Of a stretch of DNA of 64,000 bases, positions 1-13,317 are shown piece by piece. Numbering within the stretch: position 1 is the stretch's first letter; each line of letters begins with the position of its first letter. The stretch is from Moniliella sp. 'wahieum' (lineage: Eukaryota), in the NCBI GenBank assembly GCA_003971905.1, contig RSEE01000079.1, positions 1 to 64,000 on the forward strand. The letters run 5' to 3'. Position numbers and translations under genes: made by a program. The notes beneath the pieces were generated by a model. The model saw only the letters and a list, made by a program, of their open reading frames with translations. It had not been told where the DNA came from and ran no database searches.

Positions 1-3000
1 CGAATCTCCCTGCGCCTCCTCGGCAGGGTGCTCGGTAAGTTGGTCAAACCGCCAATGATGGTGATAGCCTTGTGCGGGTGCGGGTGGGGATGGGGTGCGG
101 TGCGGATGCGGATGGGGTGGGCGCCAACGCGCCTTGCTTCCGGCAAACGTAGGTGGGAACGGGGGTTTCCGATCCCGACGTACCCGTGGCTCCTTCTTGC
201 CATCCAGGCCCAGCGCTGCGGTCCACGCATCATCGTACACGTCGTGCACAGGGAGCGAGCGCGAATGCGAATGCGAATGCGAATGGGAGTGCGCATGGGA
301 TGGGCATGGGGCATGGGCATGGGCATGCAAGGCGGCTTGGTCTCCATCGGTTCGGGACCGGGCGGGGGAGGGGGGCGAGGACGACGCCTCCCTTGGCCAG
401 GGTTGGGGTTGCCACGCCATCCCAGCCCCATGAGGGAGGGGAAGGGGCAGGCGGATACAGGACCGTTCGCCCGTCCAAGCACCATGCCCGTACCCCGGCG
501 CGGCCGGCTGGGGGGGAACGTAGGACCGTGGAGGGCCCATCCCAGGCCTGGGCGACGAGGGAGCGAGTGGCTAGTTGCCCGGCTTGTCCGTACGAGCCAG
601 GGTGGAAGCCTGTGACGACCGAGCCAGCGCGGGAGGGGGGACGCGAGGCGCCCCGCGAGGCTGGTCGGGACGGTGGGCGGACGGAGGACGCGAGGTAACT
701 GGTCACCTGCTACCACGACCGAGGTACGTCGACTTGATTGTCCATCACGCCGGGGTCAAGGTACGTCGTAAACTGATTCCGTCGTGCCAAGGGCGGACCT
801 GGGCCGGGCGTGGTGGAGCGAGCCAGGATGGTGCGGCGTCGTGTTCCCGCTCACCGGCCGACGTGCGTGGTGGTACCGACGGGGGGAGACGAGCGGGCTC
901 GGCCCAGGACCGTCGCTGTAGTCGGCGCCAAAGTTGCATTGCATCCACCCCTTCCCCAGGGCCTAACGGGTGCAAGTGTCCACCGCCATCCCTTCCTCTC
1001 CTACCCCGGGAATGCCCGCGCCCAACCCAGTCGCAGTCGCGTACGCTGGCACCGCCCCCGCCCGCGTCCCATGCGGACGCACCAGACTCGTCATGGGCCC
1101 TGTCCGGCCCTTGCCGGGGCCGGCGCAGGCTCCGCACCACCAGCCTTCGGTCCTGTTCAGGCGGCGGAGGTGAGGTATCCGTACTGACGAGCGACGATGC
1201 CGAGTCCGAGGCCAAGCTTTGCAGCGAACGGGTAGAGCGGTGAACCGAGGGCCCGGCAGAGCCCCCCCACCGGCGGTACGAGCCGAGAGGTGGACACTAG
1301 GTATGCTCCCACTCGGAGGGGGCGAAGGGGCAAACAAGCGACCACTAGTGCCGCTCGCTAGGACTCGGCCGACTGGCCCAATGACCCGGAACAAATGCGC
1401 GCCACCACCCGCCCGACTGGTCCGTCTCGACTGAACTGGTCGGCGCATCACGCGGCGTCGACAGCGGGCGCCCGCGGCGAGACCACTCAATCCGCTCAAT
1501 CCAGCTGGATCGAACTGGGACGGGCTGAAGAGGCACGCCGGTGGGTCTGGCGAAGCGTTTCGAGCGCCGACATGGTGTGCGTTGCGGGGGAGGACTGGGG
1601 CGTGACCGACGGGCGACGGAGAAGGTGATGGAGACGAGTGCGAGGGAAGAGCAGGAAAGGGTACCCGTGCCACCTCGACGGCGAGCCATCGCTCTCATTC
1701 GGCACCAAATCCCCGCATGCTCCGAGAAGGAGGCGAGCGGCGCACGGGAGCACGATAAGGACGACCCAGGACCCAAAGGACACTGGACGAACGCGTAGCG
1801 TACCCGCCTGTACCACGAAGGCTGCGCTGCGTCGCGCCTGGGGCCCGTGCCGACTCGGGAAGAGGGGAAAGATGGGCTGAACGTCCAGACGGGTGAATCA
1901 ACTTGATCTGGCTCGTGCTGGGGCCAGAGAGGGAGCGTGCGAAGGGACACTAGTAGAGGAAGCAGGGGACACGATCGGCTTGCCCAGTCGAAGAGCGTGG
2001 TGGGGACAAGGACGATTGGGGAGGCGCCTGCGCCCCAGCACCGTTTGGTGGTCCGACTCGCCTGAACATCCCAAGAACAGGAAAGCGACCGAGAGAGGGA
2101 CTGCGAAGCGCCCCAACTGGTTCCCAGGCCCGCATTCGATGATCGTCCGCCCGAGCCCACCGCCCGGGCAGCCCGGGAGAGTGAGACAGAGGGCGCAACG
2201 AGCGTGCGCGAAAAGGAGGACGCGCAGGCAGTAGACAAACTGGTACTTGGAGGTGCCACACGCGCACTGGTGGCTGTGCCCACCAGAGGGCCCGAGGCCG
2301 TACGTGGTTGACTGGGGCTGTGACCAAGGGGGCGTACCGCGACCTGCTCCGCTACTGCTCTGCCCAGGCTGCCGGACTTTCACAGGAGGAAGGTCCGACT
2401 CGCTCGTCGCGGCTTGCATCGTGTCCTCCCACGAGTTGGCCCAGGGGCGAGAAGGTGGATCTGTACCTCCCTGCGGGGTAGGCAACTCACATTCCCACCC
2501 TGGGCCAGTGTTAGCGACGTCTGGCCGCGCGCGTACCGCGTCGGCTCTGCAGACTCCTCATCCGATCGAGTGCGTAGCATGCTACCCGTGACAGATGGAG
2601 GACGAGGGGCGGGGTCGGGAAGGGGAGGCAGCAGCAGAACAGAGCGAGATGCTGGACGCGCCGAACGGGGAACGGGCGGACATGGTCCAGTAGTGGCAAA
2701 CGGACCGATCCGTCCGCTCATCAGTGCCGACGGAGGACGCACATTGCCAGGAGCAGCACGGTCAAAGTAATCTGTTGCCACTTGCGCAGGGTACAGGGCC
2801 AGGGGAGAAGAGATTCTGCCCGAGTTGGTCCGTGTCCGGGACCGGGCTGCAGACGGTAAGAAGGGGCGGACAAGCTTGGTTGTTCCCCCGAGCCCAAGTG
2901 GGCCGACGTGGTGCTCCCGGCGCCATCAGAGCGGGAGGGGGAGGAGAGGTTCTTGGGCGCACCAGTCGCAAGAGGCTGGGGGTACCCGGCGTAGCGTGGG

Positions 3001-4311
3001 CCATACAGCCCCGCAGAGGGCGGGGCAGAGTAGGTCCAGCTGCCGGTAGCGGGCGTGCCTTGATGGCCAGAGTAGCTGTAGGCTTGGTTGTAGCCAGGGG
3101 TGGCAGGAGGATGGTAGGACTGGTAGGGGTAGGGCACCGCTGACGTTGAGGCAGTGTCCGACCAGGGAAAGTAAGCATGCGATCCATTGGCGCCACCGTA
3201 CCCGGAGTGGGCGCACCCGAGTACAGCCCCACCAGCCGGTCAAAGTTTTGCGACCCACGTACATCCTCGTCCCGACATGCCTCGGAGCAATAGAGGGCTA
3301 CGCGATGCGATTGAGCTGCGGCGCGCTTCATGTCGTGGGCCATGGCACGACGGACCGAATGAGATCCCGAAGCCGACGTCGCCCCGCCTGGGGTGGGAAG
3401 AGGGGAGCGGACGTGGAGCGGGCCGAAAGGCGGAGTGGGACGAGAGACGAACGTGGGGTGGAGCGCCATTTCCTATGACGCTCTGACGCCACCGCGTCCC
3501 ATTCCCGCTTTGCGAAGCAAGCGCACTGCTGCTGTCCCAACGTGGCCCAATGCTGCCTCCAACGCCCGTCGACGCCGAGCTGGACATAAAGGACTGAGCC
3601 GAGGGGCACGAGCCAAGGCTGGCGCAACGCCGTTGCCAGCAACGTACTGACGAGACGCACTGGACTCGCGTGAAGAGCTGGGCGCATGGCGGGAAGGACG
3701 GGGCCGCGGGGGCTGCTTCTTCCATAGCGGCAGGGGATTGGGGCCGAGAGGAGCAGCATCGGCAGAGGGACTGAGGGGAGAGCTGGCGACTGGGGGTGGT
3801 GTGGCGGCCTCAGCAGGGGGGCGAGGGTGGGAGCGCGAAGGGTCGGGAGCCTCACAGGCCAGCGGCGCGCCACTGGCAGGCACACCCGTGCCTGGGGGGA
3901 TCTCACGCTCACAGACACAGCAAAAGCTTGGCTCCACACGTCGTGGCCGTCGAGCTCGATGGCGGCGGAAGCCTCGTCGTCCGAGGAAGAGGAGGTGGAG
4001 TCCGATCGGAGGCTGAATCGGCCTGGGAGGCTGTGGCCGAGGGGGGAGCGGGATCGGGGAGAGAGCGGTGGGGATCAGGGGTGGGGAGAAGGGCAGCGCG
4101 CTGGCGGCGGCGCTCCTCATGCTCGTCTTGGCGGCGCAGCTTCTGCTTGAACTGGGCGCGGAGGGCAGTGAGGTCGGGGCGGGTGGCGCGGGGGCGGCGG
4201 GGGCGGGCGGGGGCTCGGGATTGGGGGGCGGGTCGGGGTCGTCGTCCGAGTCGGAGGAGGCGGACACGGACTGGGGCCGCGGAGGAGGGCGGCGGCGGCG
4301 GGGGGTGGCAT
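1..4311 (-). CDS. Large Pro/Ser-rich protein with a split Ecl1-type Cys motif (frameshifted; 3' end uncertain, may run off the window)
   Basis: A chain of overlapping minus-strand ORFs follows an ATG at ~4311. It contains FCCVCEREI (~3900-3926) and LYCSEACRDED (~3263-3295), matching the two halves of the Ecl1/2/3 CxxC...YCSxxC motif. The remainder is low complexity. Confidence 0.5.
261..327. repeat. Hexamer microsatellites (GCGAAT)x4 and (TGGGCA)n
   Basis: Directly visible at 261-284 and 301-327. Confidence 0.9.
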
Positions 4312-4343
4312 GGCAGCTAGGATATGCGCCGCGTCATCGTCTG

Positions 4344-4474
4344 GGAGGAGGAGGGGGAGGAGGGGGAGGAGGAGGAGGGGGGGGGAGGGGAGGAGGAGGA
4401 GAGGAGGAGGAGAGGAGGAAGAGGACGAGGAGGAAGAGTAGGCGGCGTGGAGTGGAGTGGAGTGGAGTGGAGTG
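4344..4474. repeat. (GGA)n purine tract followed by (GGAGT)x5
   Basis: Directly visible. On the minus strand it forms a pyrimidine-rich leader just upstream of the ATG at 4311. Confidence 0.85.
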
Positions 4475-6117
4475 AGACGAGAGCAGCGGTGCTGGTGAGT
4501 GCTCAGCTGGGCGTGAGGGTGAGCACAGCGTGAGTGCAGGCGACGCTGTCCTTTTTTCAGTGACTCGCGTGCAGCGACGGGCTGAGGCATGATGCAGCCT
4601 CTTGAACATTGCATCTTCGCCGTTCAGCGCACCGCCACTGGCGCCGTGCCCGTCGGGCCCCACCAGTCGCCGACAATCCCGTCGTCACATGTCACATGTC
4701 ACCGGCCACTGCGACTGCCTGCGTGCTTGGCTCGGCAGACGCCGGGGCGAGCAGACGGGTGCGGTGCCAGGCGCCTCTCGCCTGTTGACGCTGGGGCGCT
4801 GCAAACGCTGGGGCAAGGTGCAATCGTCAGGCAGACTCCCCGACGGGCCGACGCCTGCGGCAGCCAGGCACACGCGTACTGCGCCTAACGTGCCATGCGT
4901 GACCAGGCGCAGAACAGCCTCCTCTGCAATTCCAAACACATCTCAGGCTGAGATCGCAGCCTGCCCCGACCTTTTCTCTCTCCCGTCCTCGCCCGTCTGT
5001 GGTGCCCTGCCACGCCAGCAACGCACCGTCCCAGATCTCAGCACCGCCCGCAAAGCCCCATTCAAACCACCTGGTCTCTCTTCCACTTCCATCCCTGTGC
5101 GCTCTGCTGCCAGCCCACGCCCCGCCTCCATGCAGCGCTGCGGCTGGGGGCGACTGTCAGCCTGGCATTCCTGGTGCCCATCCTCATGTGGTCGATGATC
5201 GATGGTTGATGACCCGCACCACGCTTCCGGTGACATGGATGACATGTGACGTGGTGACAGGTGGAACGTCACCTGTGTCACCCGCTCGAGTAGATGTGCC
5301 GCGGCTGCCCGTCACATGTCACGTGACTCTTGGTGGTCCGGCTGAATCCCACAAAGGTTGCTGCCAGCTGCGGAGGATTAGGAGGACCGTGCTGAAGCAC
5401 TCAAGCTTCCAGGGCCCGTCGGGAGCATATCCAGGTCCTACATCTCACACGCTCCCACCGAGTGCGAGCGGGTGCGAACCCCCCTTCCGAGATAAAGCTG
5501 AGAGAACGCAGATAGAAAAGTAGCACAAGCACATTGTACTTCGTCCGCAATCGGAGTTCTGACGAGCAGAGGCTATCGATATCCTCCTAGGTCGACCAGT
5601 GCGTGGGTTGAACGTTGAACGTTGACGCGTTGAACACGACACAGCTGGCGTGAGCTTGTTGGTGCACACTGGCCACTCCTCCACACCACCCCCACCCAAC
5701 CACCGGCCACCCATTCCATCCATGCTGCATCAGTGCATCAGCAGCTCACAACGTCTCACACGTCACACACGCATGTCAACACCCGCAGCGGTACCCGGTA
5801 CCCACACTAACTACTAAAGCTACTACTAGTAAGCAGTAAGATAGCGAACCAAGCATGGACCAGCGAGCCAGCTGATAAACCAAACGCTCAAGCTTCCCTG
5901 CAGCCATCAAAGCGATGCGAAACGCTTGGCTCCAATTACCAGAAACAGAAAGATCGACCTAGATCGACGCATGCGTATGGGGCCGCCAGCGGCGCCCCAC
6001 CCATAGCCATTCCATCGCCCTGTGCCATGGGACGGCCGGTCGCGGTGAATTAACGATTGGCAGTGGACCAAAACACCAGCAGAGTATAATTACAGCACTT
6101 CAAGCTGGGGTTATGCT

Positions 6118-6762
6118 TCAGCTCAGGCCTCTGCCGCCCCGCCAGGGCAAGGAGTTTTCGTCATGGAGAAGAATGACGTTGACCGTCGTATCGTCCCGGT
6201 ACCGGCACGACTCGGGGGACAGAATGGCCAGCAGCTCGGCCATCCGAACCCGCTGTGCACCTCCCAACGCATTGCCAATCAGATGCATCGACAGGTTGTC
6301 GTCGGCAAAGGTAAAACAAATCTGTTGGCCTTGGGCGGCGGGGGTAAGGGCATTGTGCCCTTGCTTCAATGTAACCGCTCATGAGCACGCAGCACACTGT
6401 CCACCTCATCGGATGCAAGGGCGGTGACAATCTTGTGCCCACCCCCCTGCACCTTGGAACGTACTGAGGTGAGGTGGCTGGGGATGAAGTGGCAAGCCCC
6501 CGGGCCCCCTCTGTTTGGGAGTAGGGTCTCAGGATAGAGACCTGCTAAGGTCACACAGCCGGCCACAGCAGCATAGGTGGGCCAGTGAAGGCGTAGGTGA
6601 TCTTTCAGCACTGAGGCAGGGAGCTTCTTGCCTGCGGAGAAGGGACATCAACGAACTGGATAGAGAGGGTGGCGTACCAATGGCTATGGATGAGGCAGCG
6701 TTCCCACCTGCCCCACTGGAGAGAAAGCAGCAAGACTAGCGTTGCGGACCAAAGCGGGGCAT
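6118..6762 (-). pseudogene. Internally deleted mitochondrial PP2C / pyruvate dehydrogenase phosphatase (Ptc5-like) relic
   Basis: An N-terminal-like segment (LKDHLRLHWPTYAAVAGCVTLAGLY...LASDEVDSVLRAHE) abuts the PDP C-terminal signature (DDNLSMHLIGNALGG...LLAILSPESCRYRDDTTVNVI). The catalytic core is absent, and stops and frameshifts are present. Confidence 0.65.
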
Positions 6763-6973
6763 GAAAGTTGAAATTGCTGTCCGCAGCCGGCGGCGCTTGA
6801 TTAATGATTCCGCCTGGCAGGAGGAAGCTGCTCGAACACGCAGCGAGCCAGCTTAAATTAGCCTGGCGGGCCATCCCATCGTCACCAGCATCACACAGCG
6901 CACAGCGCACCTCCTCAGCCCCTCCGCCACCGCCACCGCTTTTCATCCTTACACCACCGTCCGGCCTGTCGCC

Positions 6974-7920
6974 ATGGCGTCTGCCCCCTCTCCGCCTGCA
7001 AACGCAGAGCCAGTCTCCACCCTCCCGTTTCAGCCCAAGTCCACCAGCCCACAGACACCTCCCTCTCCCCCGCTGGCCCCGAGCCGCCCGCCCGCCACTG
7101 ACGCCCAAGCCCAATCCCAGTCCCAGTCCCAGCAACACAAACAACGCGCTGATTCTCTGTTCAAGAAACGCCTCTACTCGGAAGCTCAATCGGAGTACTT
7201 GGATGCGATTGCGGCTCTCCCTGTGCGGTCAGAGAGCGATGATGCTGCGACGCGCGACCTCCGGGCCACGTTGTATGCCAACATGGCTGCTGCAGCTCTG
7301 GGTGCCAAGCAGTGGGTCGAGGCGAGAGAGGCTGCCACGAATGGTAACTATCCCTTCTCCTCTTTCGTGGTCATTGAATATTGACTGACGATGGTGGGAT
7401 GGGGCCACCTACAGCTTTGCAGGACAAGCCGCTGTATGTCAAGGCGCTCTACCGACGGGCGACTGCATGCGAGCAAATTGGTGGCTTAACCGAACTGAAC
7501 GAGGCTCGAGCCGGTATGATCACCTGATTCGGTCTGGCTGGCTTTGTTCTGACCCGATATGGATGCTCATGCAGATTACGACAAACTGTGTTCTTTGCCC
7601 GATGACCCGCCTTTGGTCACACCTGCCAGCAAGGTGCAATGGCAGGCAGCTAAGCAACAAGTTGATGCACGCGCCCAAAAAGCGTTGCAAGAGGAGACGG
7701 AGCGAATGAAAAAGCTGGGCTTGCAAGCACTGAGTGATACCGCCAATGCATTCCTCAACCCTTTTGGCTTTTCTACCAAGGACTTTGGCTTTGAGCAACA
7801 GGTACCTAGTACTCTCAGGACGGAAACGCTGTTTGTGTGCGCGGTACTGAGTACTGACCCTCGCTGATTTGTCCTTAGGAAGGTGGCGGGTATTCCATCA
7901 ACTTTAACCGCGGAAGGTAG
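6974..7920 (+). CDS. TPR-repeat protein, TTC1-like
   Basis: TPR helices HKQRADSLFKKRLYSEAQSEYLDAI, LYANMAAAAL and YVKALYRRA. The C-terminus ANAFLNPFGFSTKDF...GGYSINF is typical of TTC1. GT-AG introns at 7344-7414, 7514-7574 and 7802-7878. Confidence 0.8.
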
Positions 7921-8432
7921 GAGGCATGAGGTAGCGTTGCATGATATATCCCCGCGCGGTATTCATCATCTCCTTGTCAAAGCCGTAAAGAAGAATGGGC
8001 AGTTCATATTCCATGGCCCAAAGGAAACAGATGAAAATCCGCAGCACTGCTACTGAGCAAGCTAAACGTCATCCTCCGCAATACTAGCCTCCACCACAGG
8101 ACGTGCTGTAGAAGGCACGACAACTATTGCGCATGCTCGCAATCGGTCGGCAAACGCGTTTGGCTCTCCCATGCCCAACCCCGCATGTTCGCGCTTCAAG
8201 CTTCCAGTTTCATCGACTCACTCTCTATCAGTGCCTATACAGCTCCAATACTCAAACACATTCACACTATGGACTGCACGATCCACTATCCTAGATCCCG
8301 TCACTGCATCACCGGGCCACACAGACTTGTGGAACGTAACATATGTTATTGGTCAAGTAGAAATGGAAGATGAAGAGGAAAAGGCACAACAGAATGTACT
8401 TTTGGAGGTCACTTTCAAGAGTCTGATGAGAA

Positions 8433-11334
8433 TTACTGTGCAGAGGCCAAGTCAAAGAAGCGCGCCACCACATCGCGGCCATTGAAGAGGTTGAGGATGC
8501 GGATGCGCTCATCGGCTAGGTGGGCAGCATCGGAAGCTTGGCCCATGGGAAGATGAACCGCCGTTGCTCCCAACTCGTTCTCCAGCATCGCAATGGCCGG
8601 GATCGAGCCACCCTCGCGAATGGCCACGGGCACCGACAGACCATCGGCTTGTTCGCAGGGTGCCATACGTCTCCCACCGCCTGTCGAAGCGCAACAAAGT
8701 AAGGCGAGTCGGTTTGGGCATCCCACCAATCGGCCGTGTGGTCCACCTGGATGGCCAGGTGGTTGGGGGAATGGAGTGCGAGAAACTGGTCATGCCAGAA
8801 CTGCGTCAAGGCCTCGACAATCTTGGGCAACGACTGGTCCGGAACAAGACGGACCGACACACTCGCCCGTACACGGTTGGGGATGACAGTGTTGTTGTTG
8901 GGCCCGGAGGCAGTGAGGGAGTGGACTGAGAGCGTGGGCGAACGCCAGCGCGCAACCAGGTCGCTAGCTACCACGTTGTGGGCGGTGGCGCGGCGCGGTT
9001 GGGGTTCATGCGAAGGGTCGGGCGAGGCTGTGGGCCAGCGGGCGTAGAGGCACGGACCAACACAGCAATCGAGGCGTAGTGCGCTTCTTCTTCCTTGCTT
9101 ACAGGACGAACGTGGTCGTAAAACCCGGGCACGGCCACCTCTGAACCTGAGGTAGTCTTGGCCAAAAGACTGATCATGTCGATCATGGGTTCCCGCACGG
9201 CACACCCCTCGACACAGTGTCACCCGGCCGGCGGCCCTCGATGCAAAGACTGGCCTGGATCACGCCACGCAAGCCGACCGTAAGGCAGGGTAAATCCTCC
9301 CCAAGCCAATACGAATTGGCGAGCAAGATCACGTCCTTTGAAAATGGGTCAGCGGCGGTCAACCGATATGAAAAGAGGGACATACGATTTGGCCCACTTG
9401 GTCTTTGACGGACCGGACGGCCTCCTGCAGCCCCGGAGAACCACGTTCCTCCTCGCCTTCCACACAGACCACCACATCGACGGGAAGAGACTTGGTGGCG
9501 ACCATGGCTGCTGCGGCGTAGATGGTGGCCAAGATGGGGCCTTTGTTGTCGCTGGCTCCACGGGCGTAGAAGTATCCATCAGCCCCACGCAATTGGAACG
9601 GGTCGGAACTCCAGCCTCCAGCGCCACGGTGCGGCGCCGAGATGACATCGTAATGTCCATAGTAGAGGATGCGGCGTGGATTAGCAATCCCAGGCTTGTT
9701 GGCTCGGAAGGTGGCGAGCACCACAGGGTTCCTGCCCCTCCCGGCAGAGACAAGACGGGCGCCGCTTGCCCCCAAGTCGGCGAGGAGCGACTTGAGCCAT
9801 AAGGCAGCTTGGCGGCACGCTTCAGTCGAGTCCCCTGGTGCCGACGAAGGACTTGACGCTTTGTCCTCCCGCCGACGCAAGTACCATGGTGAGTCGCTCC
9901 ATGTGACACGGAGGGGAAGGCAACAAACGCCGCCAGCGAGTGTGTCAGCTGGAGGTCACGGTACTCCTGGCTATCCTGCTCGGCAGCAAGAGGCATGTCG
10001 GGCTTCCAAACACGGGGCCGCTCCCCCTCGGCTGCTATAGGACTGACGGGAAGCCAGACTTTCAACAGAGAATCGTCTCCTCCCGTCAGAAGGAGTGGGG
10101 GATGTGGCCAGTGGGCAGGACCAGATCCGCACAAAGTACGGTGCCCTCGTGCGCCTTCCATGCTCCCACCAACCGGAAGCGGGGGTCAAAGTGCCGCACC
10201 CATCCGTCTGCTGAAGCGGCATAAACCCCAGCGGCAGCGGCTGTACTTGGCGTATGCTCCACACCCGGTGCAGCGGTGAGGGCAAGTACGTCGCTTCCAT
10301 TGGCGCCGGCAGGCAAAGAACGAATCAAGGTACGCGTCTCGAGATCCCAAACGTCCACTTTCCCCTTGACGCGCAGCAAAGAGAGTTGTTGTCCCACTCT
10401 GCTTGCCGGTTGGATCGGGTGCAGGCGTCCACGAAGCCAAGGCTAGCACTGCCCGGTCATCCTCTGGGGGCTGAGCAGGCACAAACAGGGTGTGTAGGTA
10501 CTCCAGCCCGCCCCAAGGGTGAGCCGGCGTGGGTGGCAAGACCGCCCAAAGCTTAATTTGCTCGTCGCCAGAACCAGAGACGAGAATCCAGTCCCCCTCA
10601 CCCGAGCGAATGAGGTCGAGAGTGTAGATGTACCCCATGTGAGCGGCGGGAATCATAGATTCATGGGCGAGGCGCAACGCTTGGGGCGCAGGTGCATTTG
10701 GAGACGCGACCGGATGTACAGGAGGCGAAGGGGGTTGGGAATCGAAGAACTTGTTCGGACGGCGTTCAGGAAGACCCACGTTCGGCGAAGGGCTGCCCGC
10801 ACGGGGCTGGGAGAGTGCCAGCTCTTCCTCCTTGATGGGCCCGTGGGGCTCAGTGGCGGATGCGGTGCGGTCGAGTTGCTTGGGCACGCCCTGGAATTGG
10901 ATCCAGTGGATCGACGTATTTTGGCATCCGAGAAAAGCATCTCCATTGGTTCACACCAGCGCAGCGCATAGATATCGCCCACATTGTCGTCGCAGGGATG
11001 CACGACATAGAGCGGGACGAGGGTGCGTGCGCACCAGATCCGCACTGTGTTGTCCCCACTCGAACTGAAAAGCCAATGGCGTGCGGATGAAGAGGATGCT
11101 GGAGCTGGGCTGCCGCGGCACACTGTCCTCAACTCTGCTGGCGGGCTCGGACGAGGCAAGCGCAAGCACGGCGGCCGTATGGCCATGAAGACGGGCGATC
11201 AGCTCGTATGTGCCGAGGCGCCAGACAAAGATGCAATGGGCCTGCGTGCCGGTAAAGACGCGGCCAAGCGATGCATCGACGGCGAGCGACAGGACCGAAG
11301 AGCTGCTGTGGCCAATGGAATGGACAAGTGCCAT
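8433..11334 (-). CDS. DUG2: WD40 + M20 metallopeptidase fusion (Dug2, glutathione degradation complex)
   Basis: N-terminal WD40 repeats (LFSSSGDNTVRIW, LVSGSGDEQIKLW, LLTGGDDSLLKVW) followed by M20 motifs YYGHYDVI, ARGASDNKGPI, EGEEERGS, IREGGSIP and SDAAHLADERI. Multiple frameshifts. Confidence 0.9.
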
Positions 11335-11608
11335 GGCGGTCGAGTCGGGCAGGTCAAAGATGGCGGTACGAACGGACGACATCGCCGCCTCGAGTCAGCT
11401 AGTCAATTGGTTGGCCAAGTTAATTCCGTAATCAAATTCTTATCCGTCTCGGCTGGCCTATCGTGCGCCAGCGTGTTGCACCTGGACAGAACAGTGGTTG
11501 GAACGCTCAACGATCGCCATCACACCATCTCTTCGTTGGGCCGGCCGGCGTTCAGCGTTCAGCTTGCAGGGAGTATTCAACCCTTATCGCCACCGATCAA
11601 TTGCCAGG

Positions 11609-13127
11609 ATGCCGCCCCGCTACGCCCTCAACCCGCTCGTTGTAGACGGCACGATCGAGCCGCCGGTGAGCGTCGCGCGCAGTTGGGTCTATCCCCGCCC
11701 TGCCGCGCCCCAGCCCCACCGCCCGCTCATTAACCTCAGCCAAGGCGTGCCTGGTGTCGCCCCGCCTGCCTCCTTTGTTGCCCGCCTTCAGCGGCAGCCT
11801 ATTGACTGGGGGTATGGCGACAACTTTGGTGCCCCCCTCTTGCGACAAGCTTTGGCACGCGACCTGAACCACGTCTACCGCCCGCACTCCGCCGTCGATG
11901 CCAAGCAAGCCATCAAGGTCGAGGACATTTGCATCACTGCTGGCTCCAACTTGGCGTTTGCCACGATTGCCCAGGTTCTGGCTGCGCGCGGCGATGGCAT
12001 CCTGCTGCCCCCCACCCTGGTACTTCAACCACTACATGACTCTAACCGCTTTGGGCATCGCCGCCATCCCCGTTGCCACACACGCTCCAGGATTCGAGGT
12101 CGACCCTGTTGCCGTGAAGCAGGCCCTGGCTACCGCGCGCGCAGAGGGTACGGCACCTAAAGCGTTGGTGATTGTTACACCCAACAACCCCACAGGCGCG
12201 GTGTACTCTGCTTCGCTCCTCGCCCAGCTGGCTCTTTTGGCCCGAGAGGAAAGCATTGCCCTCATCCTGGATGAGACCTACAAGGATTTCCTTCTTGCCC
12301 CTCAAGTGGGAGAGGGACAGCGGCACCGTGCTACGCCACACACTCTTTTCAAGACACGCTTCCTGACCAAGGCTCGGACGAATGGGATTGGCGAGAGAGT
12401 ACGTCTACTCTTTTTTATCGCATGTTCCCTACTAACCCAGGACCGGCAGCTGTGGTACAACTGATCTCCTTTAGCAAGTCATTTGCCATTCCTGGTCATC
12501 GGTTGGGTGCACTTCTAGCCCACCCGTCCCATGGCCACCGTTGATCGCCCAATTGACCCTACCAAAGATATTCTCTCCCGACCAGCAATCCACTATCCTC
12601 ACCTACGGCCCGTGGCCAAGGTGTGGATGATCTTCAGATCTGTCCGCCTGTCGGGTCGACACAGGATGTGGTGGCCTGGGCGTTAGCGGATGGAGCTGAT
12701 CCGATGGCGGGCTGAGGAGGCAGCGGCGATCCAGGTGCGACGAAGAACTTTCGCGCGTGCCCTGGAGGAGTTGGAGGTTCATTCGACCCCTGGAAAATGG
12801 GCGGTAGAGTCATCGGGTGGGTACTATGCCTATGTGCGCCATCCCTGGGCCAAGTTCCTTGACTCGGAGTCGGTCGCGAGGGCTTTGGCTACCTTGGTGG
12901 GCGTCAAGACCCTTCCGGGTGCATTCTTCATGCCCCCCACGGCAGCCGAGGCTCCCACTCTGGTGGGTAAGCCCACACCGCGTAAGGACTGGACTGAAGA
13001 CGACCCAAAGGATCGTCTTCGCTTTTCGGTAGCCAATGTCGATCTGGCTACACTGCAGGAAGTGCCTGCGAGGTTGGTGCTCCTGGACCAGTTGTGGGCT
13101 GAGAAGGGGATTGGATTTGGCCTGTAA
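11609..13127 (+). CDS. PLP-dependent aminotransferase, class I/II
   Basis: INLSQGVPG, PWYFNHYM, VTPNNPTGAVY, LDETYKDF, Schiff-base lysine in SFSKSFAIPGHRLG (~12467-12508), and LRFSVAN. Probable intron at ~12399-12449; frameshifts. Confidence 0.88.
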
Positions 13128-13317
13128 CCTTGCCCTTCTGTTGGTGCTAATTGCAGTTGCTCTACAAGCCTTGGGGTGTATGGTGAGCGGCAGAGTGTGC
13201 TAGTCTGAGCTCTGAACTCGATGTAGAAACGCGAGCCAAGTGTGGAAAAAGGCACCGATTGATGTCAATACAGGGTCGAGCCGCAGATGGTCGTTCTTGG
13301 AGAAAAAACAAAATGAT

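Noticed and set aside
28..4533. Plus-strand ORFs in the first 4.5 kb
   Set aside because: They are GC-rich antisense shadows of the minus-strand gene and microsatellites, with no motifs.
8171..8485. 104-aa plus ORF downstream of the TTC1-like gene
   Set aside because: It overlaps the DUG2 3' end and has no recognisable motif.
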